Of a DNA stretch of 30,299 nt, positions 23,777-30,299 are shown in pieces. The DNA comes from an uncultured Methanosarcinales archaeon. GTDB lineage: Archaea; Nanobdellota; Nanobdellia; Woesearchaeales; CAZYIM01. The position numbers and the translations under genes are program-made. Under the pieces are notes generated by a model. It ran no database searches and was not told where the DNA came from. It worked only from the letters and a program-made list of their open reading frames with translations. Position 1 is the stretch's first letter. Every line of letters starts with the position of its first letter. The DNA lies in assembly GCA_964647565.1 (NCBI GenBank), contig CAZYIM010000028.1, forward strand, positions 9,415-39,713, written 5' to 3'.

Positions 23777-24963
23777 CTTAACTCATGTCCCATCAATTCT
23801 ATAATGTCCTTTGCTATACCTGTCTTATTGTGGGATTCTATAATCTGGTTTCCATTGAAGATATATGCATTATGTTTGTTATCTTTCATATCAAGATCCC
23901 TGTTGGCGATCACGGTCTCATAACCTTCTTGAAGTCTGTTGTGGGCAATATCAAAGAGCTTTTCTTGGGTTATGCCTACCTCGTACTTAAAGGTGGTCAT
24001 ATATAAGTTAGGATACTCTTTCCTGACTTTTTTGATGACTTTTAAGGTTTCTTCCATTTCCAGATGCTGGATGCCCTCCTTTGAAGGTATCTTGCCCTTC
24101 TTCACTTCAGTCGGCTTGTAGTCTGCCACTGCGGCTGAGAAAATGCCTGCATCGTAGTTGATAGACTTTAATTCCTTGAATACATTACTGATGTAGGCAT
24201 CTAAGGTTTGGTGATAGTGCACATCCAGGTAGTCGGGCATTTTAATATTGGTCTTGCCCATCAGCAGCTTTATGTCTGCACCTCTTAAATATGCTTCTTT
24301 TGCAATCTCCCTTCCAAGCTTGCCTGAGAAGATGTTGGTTATCATCCTCACATCATCGATCTTGACAGGAGTTGGACCTGCTGTAACCAGTAATCTCTTG
24401 CCTTTGATGGGATGATCTGAAAGCTCTCTGCAGGCTTCTGCTGTGATGGTATCGAGACGAGCCATCTTTTTTTTGCCTTCTCCTATCCGTGGAGGGATGA
24501 TTTTTATGCCATATTTAGATGCCTTTTCCAAGTTTTCCAGAAAAAACGGATTCTCATACAATGACTCGTGCATAGTTGGCACCAGGTGAATGGGTTTCTT
24601 GTATCCAAGCGCGCTTGCTATAAGAGTGGTCACGGGATTGTCTGCTGTGCCTGTAAAGATCTTGTTGAATGTATTCAATGTTGCTGGTGCTACCAGAACA
24701 AGATCCTCTTTGCAGATATGCTCTGCCATTCCGCTAAGTTCGCTGACAACAGGTTGTTCAGTCGCCCATTCAAGGGCTGCCATACCGATGAATTTTAGAG
24801 CCTCTGAGGTTGTATATGCCTTGACATCAGCACCATACCTTCTCAGATGTCTTGCAAGTTTGGGTGTCTCTATGGCTGCTATTCCTCCTGTCACACATAG
24901 TGCTATTGATTTATTCTTAAGATGGTCTCCGATTAGATCCACTTGATGGTCTTCATTTTTCAT
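23773..24963 (-). CDS. coaBC: Bifunctional phosphopantothenoylcysteine decarboxylase/synthetase CoaBC (Dfp)
   Basis: LCVTGGIAA, EHI, VAPATLNT, PTMHESLY; LLVTAGPT..IDDVRMITNIFSGKLG, SAAVADY, FKYE. GGAGG SD 8 nt before ATG 24963. Confidence 0.9.
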   Translation of the reverse strand: MKNEDHQVDLIGDHLKNKSIALCVTGGIAAIETPKLARHLRRYGADVKAYTTSEALKFIGMAALEWATEQPVVSELSGMAEHICKEDLVLVAPATLNTFNKIFTGTADNPVTTLIASALGYKKPIHLVPTMHESLYENPFFLENLEKASKYGIKIIPPRIGEGKKKMARLDTITAEACRELSDHPIKGKRLLVTAGPTPVKIDDVRMITNIFSGKLGREIAKEAYLRGADIKLLMGKTNIKMPDYLDVHYHQTLDAYISNVFKELKSINYDAGIFSAAVADYKPTEVKKGKIPSKEGIQHLEMEETLKVIKKVRKEYPNLYMTTFKYEVGITQEKLFDIAHNRLQEGYETVIANRDLDMKDNKHNAYIFNGNQIIESHNKTGIAKDIIELMGHELS

Positions 24964-24999
24964 AATGCATTCCTCCGACACTTTTTCATTCTTTATTCT

Positions 25000-25848
25000 T
25001 TACAATTCTAACTTATACAACAACCTACTCGCATTGTAGTAATAAACTTCTTTTTTATCCAATGGGTGAAAATCTCGCATTGCCTCTTCAACTACATATA
25101 TTGAATCTTCGTGTGTTTGGACTGGAAAATCTGTTCCGAAGAGTAGTTTCTTGGGTCCACATTCGCCAAGCACTCTTGTGACATCCTCGATGGCTTGGGG
25201 GATATCTTCCTTTTCATATTTGGAGTCGAACAGGCCGCTTGAATCTGTGTAAGCGAGGGATTGCCTGTTGATGACTCCTATCAGGTCTGTGAGAAAGGGT
25301 TTTGCAAGATGGCTGATGATTATCTTGACTCCGTATTTGTCTGGGATGAACTCCAGATCAGATGCTTTGACAAAATCTGTGATGGCTGGTTTGCCGTAGT
25401 TTCTCATACTTGAGTATGAGTATCCTGTGTGGAACATCAGTGGTAGGGAATAATCCTGGGCTAATTTGAGTACTTGCTTGAATTTTTCGGATTTCAGGTC
25501 GATGTGTTGGTATCCTGTGTATATCTTTATGCCTTTTATCAGTTTTTTCTCTGTCAGCTCAAAGAGTTCGTTCATACCCTGTCTGAAGTACAAGTCAAAG
25601 TCCAGGCTTCCAAACATGTGAAAATTTTCATGTGAGATTATACCTCTTTCTTTCTCTTGTATCCAGTGCAGCAACCTAAAATTTGATATGCCTGTTCCTC
25701 TGTGAGGAAAATAGGTTGCAAGAAGAACAGTTGTATCTATCTCGTGTTTTTTCATCTCTTTAGCTATTGCATCGATACTGCACGACTTGGGCACTACATG
25801 ATTGAGTGTCCTATTGGTTGTATGGCAGTGGATGTCAATTTTATTCAT
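25000..25848 (-). CDS. Amidohydrolase-superfamily TIM-barrel metalloenzyme (Amidohydro_2-like)
   Basis: IDIHCH, KGIKIYTGY, LMFHTG, IISHL, YTDSS, LLFGTDFP; ATG 25848 overlaps the upstream TGA. Confidence 0.88.
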   Translation of the reverse strand: MNKIDIHCHTTNRTLNHVVPKSCSIDAIAKEMKKHEIDTTVLLATYFPHRGTGISNFRLLHWIQEKERGIISHENFHMFGSLDFDLYFRQGMNELFELTEKKLIKGIKIYTGYQHIDLKSEKFKQVLKLAQDYSLPLMFHTGYSYSSMRNYGKPAITDFVKASDLEFIPDKYGVKIIISHLAKPFLTDLIGVINRQSLAYTDSSGLFDSKYEKEDIPQAIEDVTRVLGECGPKKLLFGTDFPVQTHEDSIYVVEEAMRDFHPLDKKEVYYYNASRLLYKLEL

Positions 25849-26921
25849 TTGGACCACCAAGCTTCGTATGCATGACTTTCGGGTGTATTTCGAGGCCTAA
25901 AGGACATATTTGCTAGAAAGTCAAGATTATCTGCAACAGCAACAAATCCGTGACCCGCCATGTTAAATGCGAAATTTATTTGATCAGAATCTGGGAACTG
26001 TTTTTTGACTTCATCTGCTTCTTCTAGTGTTCCACAGGGAAGAATCTTTTCTGAAAAGGGTGCATTATTTACATAGACATGACCGTGGAGCATATATTTT
26101 GCTGTCTTATAATGTTGATAGAGCCTGATCTGTATTGGTGTGTCAACAGAGGGTGCATGTGTTCCGAAGTACTTTACTGGAATCTCGGGAAGTACAGCAA
26201 CAAATCCTTCCCTGCCAATAAGTCTCTTATCGATGTTTCGTCTTGAGACATAGATGCGATCTTCGTTTCTAAAAGAGGGAAAACCCAAAGTACATCTGAA
26301 TGATGCATTGCCAAAGAACCTGTTGGTTGCTTTGAAGCTAGAGTGAACCAGAAGATGGAATTGTTTGCCAAATTGTCTTATTAACTCAAAGAACTCTTTT
26401 TCATCAGGAATTTTTTGACTCTTTCCTATACTTTGGCTTCCAACCCTGGTGTGACTTATCATTTGTTTGACTCTTTTTCCAAGGGTGTGGCCGACCTGTC
26501 GAAAATCTGAACTGCTTACGTAAACATTTCCCAAAGGATCTAATACTGTCCCGACATATAGCTGGTTATCCTTTGTTAGCTCAACTATTAGATTGCTTTT
26601 GTTCTTTAGCCCATGATAGATGACATCTGGAAATGCATATTTATCTTCTATATTTCTTTTTGAAGTCACCAGAAGGCATCGGCTGTGTGTTTTTTTAATT
26701 TGATTTACATGTTTTGGCTTGTCGTTAGGTACATTTGGGAACCAGAAAACAGGATTATAGCTCTCTATTGAACTAATAAGGCTCTCAAGTTCTGAGAACT
26801 TCCCTCCATTATGATATTCCGCTGGTAGGTCAAGATAGTTGAATATGGTCTTGGCAATTTTAGATGGCTTGCCGCCTTGATCATTATATGTTCCGCCGAC
26901 ATAAAGTATTTTATTTTTCAT
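25845..26921 (-). CDS. Two-domain protein with C-terminal class II aldolase/adducin-like domain
   Basis: FFGNASFR, IYVSRR, PSVDTPIQ, YMLHGH, PCGT, GHGF correspond to the GNxS / PSxE / HxH / NHG motifs, with substitutions. Confidence 0.7.
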   Translation of the reverse strand: MKNKILYVGGTYNDQGGKPSKIAKTIFNYLDLPAEYHNGGKFSELESLISSIESYNPVFWFPNVPNDKPKHVNQIKKTHSRCLLVTSKRNIEDKYAFPDVIYHGLKNKSNLIVELTKDNQLYVGTVLDPLGNVYVSSSDFRQVGHTLGKRVKQMISHTRVGSQSIGKSQKIPDEKEFFELIRQFGKQFHLLVHSSFKATNRFFGNASFRCTLGFPSFRNEDRIYVSRRNIDKRLIGREGFVAVLPEIPVKYFGTHAPSVDTPIQIRLYQHYKTAKYMLHGHVYVNNAPFSEKILPCGTLEEADEVKKQFPDSDQINFAFNMAGHGFVAVADNLDFLANMSFRPRNTPESHAYEAWWSK

Positions 26922-27023
26922 ACAAAATAAGACTCTTTTTACAAACTTTAAACTATATCTATAAATCTTTAAAGAGGTTTATAGAAAAGAAAAATATAAA
27001 AAGAGAGGCTGTCTATTAGTATT

Positions 27024-27929
27024 ATGAAAGTCGTTGAAAGGAATGTCCAGGAAATCGGGAAGTCCTTACTTGTGACCTTGCCCAAACCATGGACGCAGAT
27101 GCTGAAAATCAAGAAAGGCTCTAAGCTTAAACTGTTAGTTTCGGATCAAGGTAATCTTTCTATTTCCCCTGAGTTTGTCCAGAAGGAAGAGAAGAAGGAA
27201 AAGGTCATCCAATATGATGCGCATTTCAAAAGACGCTTTATTAGAGAGTATTTTGATGGGGGTGGCAGGCTGATTATCAAGTTCTCAAAAAAAATACCTG
27301 AACTCGAAAGGAAAGAATTCTATGCATTCCTGAAACGTTTTATGAATTCCCAGATCATTGAAGAATCTGAGGCCAGGATTGTCATCAAGTGCTTTAGGAT
27401 TGATGACCTGACAATGAGGGAGTGTCTGCAAAGGATGTTTTTTCTAACTTTGAACATTATTGATGAGATGATGGGTGAGAATGACAGATTGAAGGTAACT
27501 GAGATGCGAAACACTGCAACCAGGTTCTATTATATGCTTGTCATGCAGGTCCGTAGATATCTTTCAGAAGGTAAGTTCACGTCATCAGGCCAAGTTCCCA
27601 TTATCAGGGCAATGGATATGCGGATGGTTGCTGAGAAGATCCAGCGTATCTGTGAATTTCTTGAGTCCATAGATGGGGTGGAGAATAAAAAACAGCTTGA
27701 GCTGGCCAGTCTAATTAGGGACTTCTATGCCCGAGCCTATAGCTGTTTTATCAACGAGGATTTTGAAAAGGCCCTTCCTCTTTACAATGAGGCTAAATTA
27801 TTGATTAAGAAATATGAACCTGGAGATTCATCTGATATCAAGTCCATGGATGCTGCAATCTGTCTTAGGACTGTCAGGCTTCTTAGAATTCTCAGGTACT
27901 CCATTGAGATATCTAAACTAGTCAGGTAG
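27024..27929 (+). CDS. Archaeal AbrB/SpoVT-PhoU family regulator
   Basis: RNVQEIGKSLLVTLPKPW N-terminal AbrB motif; helical PhoU-like repeats (RFYYMLVMQ, EKIQR). Confidence 0.82.
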   Translation: MKVVERNVQEIGKSLLVTLPKPWTQMLKIKKGSKLKLLVSDQGNLSISPEFVQKEEKKEKVIQYDAHFKRRFIREYFDGGGRLIIKFSKKIPELERKEFYAFLKRFMNSQIIEESEARIVIKCFRIDDLTMRECLQRMFFLTLNIIDEMMGENDRLKVTEMRNTATRFYYMLVMQVRRYLSEGKFTSSGQVPIIRAMDMRMVAEKIQRICEFLESIDGVENKKQLELASLIRDFYARAYSCFINEDFEKALPLYNEAKLLIKKYEPGDSSDIKSMDAAICLRTVRLLRILRYSIEISKLVR

Positions 27930-27998
27930 TGGTTTTCTATAAAACATTTAAGATATTTAAGCAAAAAATTTATATATTAGTTATCCCTTACTTATTGT

Positions 27999-28973
27999 GT
28001 GGGATACAATAAGTTGCAGAATCTGTTAATTGGTGTTGCGATAGGAGATGCCAAAGGTGTCCGGTATGAGTTTGTAACCAGAGGCTTGAAAAACAGGTAT
28101 AAGACTCTTAATCTTGCAGATTATGAACTGAATCCCAATCCCAAATTTGGGACTGGCATTCTGGGCATGTATACTGATGACACACAGATGACCATAGGAG
28201 TCTGTGAACTTTTGCTCTCTGGCAAGGAGTTCAATCTCTATAATCTTGCACAAAGCTTCTTGGATTGCTATAAACGAGATCCTCTTCCAGGAGGATATGC
28301 CGGCGGATTCCAAAAATTTCTCAATAGTACTGAGACTGCTGAAGATTTCGTAACAAATATTAAATCAAAATCAAAACGTAATGGTGCTGCAATGAGAGCA
28401 ACGCCTCTTGGAGTCATATCAGATCTAGACACACTTGTTGAATATGCCACTATTAACGCCAAACTCACTCACAATGTGCCAATGGGTATTGCATCCTCAG
28501 TGTGTGTGGGTCTGTTAGCGCATCATAGGATATATGACAGAACTGATAATGAGCTGGATTTTATACTGCCCTATATTGAGAAGATAGATCCTCGTTCAGC
28601 AGAACACTATGAACAAGCCTATAATCTGGAATCAAAAGATCCTGAGATTCTTTTTGGAAAGATGACCAAGAGATTGGGTCCAATAAAATGGAAGAAAACA
28701 AGAAAAGGCGTGCCTTGCAGCGGATTGAGGACACCTGGTGCTGTTCTTTATCTTCTTAATAATTATGGTGATGATCCTGGTTTAACTCTTAGGGAATCTA
28801 TGCTTCTTGGAGGGGATACAGACACTGTAGCAGCGATAGCAGTAGGCATTAGTGCTATAAATCAAGGTTTCGACTCAATACATAACTATCTCATAGAAAA
28901 TCTAACAAATCACGATTATGGGAAGGATTATCTACTCGATCTTGGAGATCAGTTGTTCAAGAAGTTTTATTAA
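27999..28973 (+). CDS. ADP-ribosylglycohydrolase (DraG/ARH family)
   Basis: GVAIGDAKG, YTDDTQMT, NGAAMR, LTH, GGDTDTVAAI; GTG start ~22 nt after TTTATATA. Confidence 0.92.
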   Translation: MGYNKLQNLLIGVAIGDAKGVRYEFVTRGLKNRYKTLNLADYELNPNPKFGTGILGMYTDDTQMTIGVCELLLSGKEFNLYNLAQSFLDCYKRDPLPGGYAGGFQKFLNSTETAEDFVTNIKSKSKRNGAAMRATPLGVISDLDTLVEYATINAKLTHNVPMGIASSVCVGLLAHHRIYDRTDNELDFILPYIEKIDPRSAEHYEQAYNLESKDPEILFGKMTKRLGPIKWKKTRKGVPCSGLRTPGAVLYLLNNYGDDPGLTLRESMLLGGDTDTVAAIAVGISAINQGFDSIHNYLIENLTNHDYGKDYLLDLGDQLFKKFY

Positions 28974-30299
28974 GCTTCTTCTTTTTCTTCTTCCCTTCTA
29001 TTGTCTCTTCCTTACTCTTCTTCTTTTGAGCCAATAGAATAATTGCTCCAATTAATGAGATGATACTTATTATTGCTCCCAATGTAAATCCTGGCGCTTT
29101 ATACTCTATCGTGACCATTGAATTTTCAGGGCCTACCCTACAACCAATAAGATTATCGTAATTTAATATTTCGCAATCCTTGCTCTGCCAGCCTTTATGG
29201 TGGTTCTGATTGATTATCAGCGTATCGTTTCTTGGTGTACTGTTAATTGAAGTATTTACCCAGACAATAATTCTATTTGGGCTCCATGAGAAATTCTGGA
29301 CGCCTTTAGTCTTAAGATAAACTTCTCCATTATAATTAGTTTCTCCATAATATTTCACTGCTCCGATCAGATGGTATAAGTGGTTGGTTTTTTGATGGCT
29401 TTTCAACCTGATTGACTCATAACAAAGAGGATTTCCCCTATTCTCTATAAAGGCAATGTAGTCTTGCTCCCTGTCATTTAGGTCTATCTCAGGATAATGC
29501 TGGAAGAATACCTCTGATCTGTGTTCTGTACTGGGCTTGAACCCTTTTTGGGATGCGTGGCGAAAGATGAACATGTTATAATGAGTGATATCCACAACTA
29601 TAGCTGTAATAAGGATGAATATTATTATATTTATAATCACCTTTTTTTTCGGAAATTTATTAAGAGCTAGATTCTGGATTCTGGTTAAGAATATTCCTAT
29701 CATGAGAGACACACAAAGAAGTACAAGCATCATGAATCTTGCAGGCATGTTGAGGTTGTTTAACAGAGGGACATATTCCAAGAGTCTCCATATATTAATT
29801 CCCCAATTTCCACTCAATGAAATTATCAGGGTGATAATTGATGTGAATAAAAGCTCTTTTTCTTTTCTGAAAAGTATGATAGATATTAAGAACAAGATTA
29901 CTGGAACGATTCCAATATAGTAACCATATTCCCACCATCCATATTGGTGGGGCCGTTTTTCATATATTCCTACAACCTTTTTAGTCAGACTCTCTTCGAG
30001 TATATTAATATGCATACCTTTCTTAAACGCAACAGAATATTCCCTGGGATTGTCTAAGATAACGTTGAAAAATGGCAAGAACTTGATACTTGAGATCAAC
30101 AGGATAAAAATCAATATTACTGCCAGGTTTTTGATGGGTTTGCAATTCTTCCTAAAGATGGTTCTAAGTATTGCATAAATGACCAAGAATATGACTGAGA
30201 GCCATAGCAAATAAACATTGCCATTAAGCCAGACAACTGAAATCAGCAGAGCACATATTATAGAGAATCTTGGCTTTTTCAATGATTTTAGGAAACAAA
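28957..30299 (-). CDS. Polytopic membrane protein, YfhO/GT-C glycosyltransferase-like (5' partial)
   Basis: Frame open to the window edge; YYIGI, PLLNNLNMPARF, SPNRI, NQNHHKGW, VTIEY followed by a final TM. Confidence 0.65.
   Translation of the reverse strand, partial: CFLKSLKKPRFSIICALLISVVWLNGNVYLLWLSVIFLVIYAILRTIFRKNCKPIKNLAVILIFILLISSIKFLPFFNVILDNPREYSVAFKKGMHINILEESLTKKVVGIYEKRPHQYGWWEYGYYIGIVPVILFLISIILFRKEKELLFTSIITLIISLSGNWGINIWRLLEYVPLLNNLNMPARFMMLVLLCVSLMIGIFLTRIQNLALNKFPKKKVIINIIIFILITAIVVDITHYNMFIFRHASQKGFKPSTEHRSEVFFQHYPEIDLNDREQDYIAFIENRGNPLCYESIRLKSHQKTNHLYHLIGAVKYYGETNYNGEVYLKTKGVQNFSWSPNRIIVWVNTSINSTPRNDTLIINQNHHKGWQSKDCEILNYDNLIGCRVGPENSMVTIEYKAPGFTLGAIISIISLIGAIILLAQKKKSKEETIEGKKKKKKLNKTS

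Noticed and set aside
21109..28973. Functional link between Dph2 (diphthamide, an ADP-ribosylation target) and the ARH gene
   Set aside because: They are 6 kb apart, on opposite strands and separated by unrelated genes; nothing in the sequence supports a link.
727..29920. Numerous 60-145 aa antisense or alternate-frame ORFs in the track (for example 3997-4434, 10342-10641, 24590-24946, 29585-29920)
   Set aside because: They are shadows of well-supported genes and have no motifs, SD sites or promoters.

Overview
AT-rich archaeal chromosomal window, most likely DPANN (Woesearchaeota-like). The archaeal call rests on aIF2-gamma, archaeal uS7, Dph2, an AbrB-PhoU regulator, TATA-box promoters and GGTGA/GAGGTG ribosome-binding sites; the finer lineage is inference. 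Contents in order: a secreted thioredoxin-like lipoprotein; a double Fis-type HTH regulator preceded by two co-varying palindromic repeats and followed by a HEXXH zincin; an EamA transporter; a Na/K-ATPase-like (P2C) pump; and a ~10.9 kb type IV pilus/Tad-like operon (ATPase, platform, an uncalled 30-aa membrane peptide, 8 pilin-like proteins including a VWA-like and a large Cys-repeat adhesin, four of them apparently without a leader peptide). Then come aIF2-gamma, an isolated rps7 flanked by hairpin-rich inverted-repeat elements, a CARDB-like protein, an N-terminally short Dph2, an APC permease-methyltransferase fusion, a class II aldolase-like/amidohydrolase/CoaBC operon, AbrB-PhoU, an ADP-ribosylglycohydrolase and a partial YfhO-like membrane protein. 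Two genes appear to start at ATA. No CRISPR array, tRNA, rRNA or transposase was recognised. All calls are from reading motifs by eye; no database searches were run.
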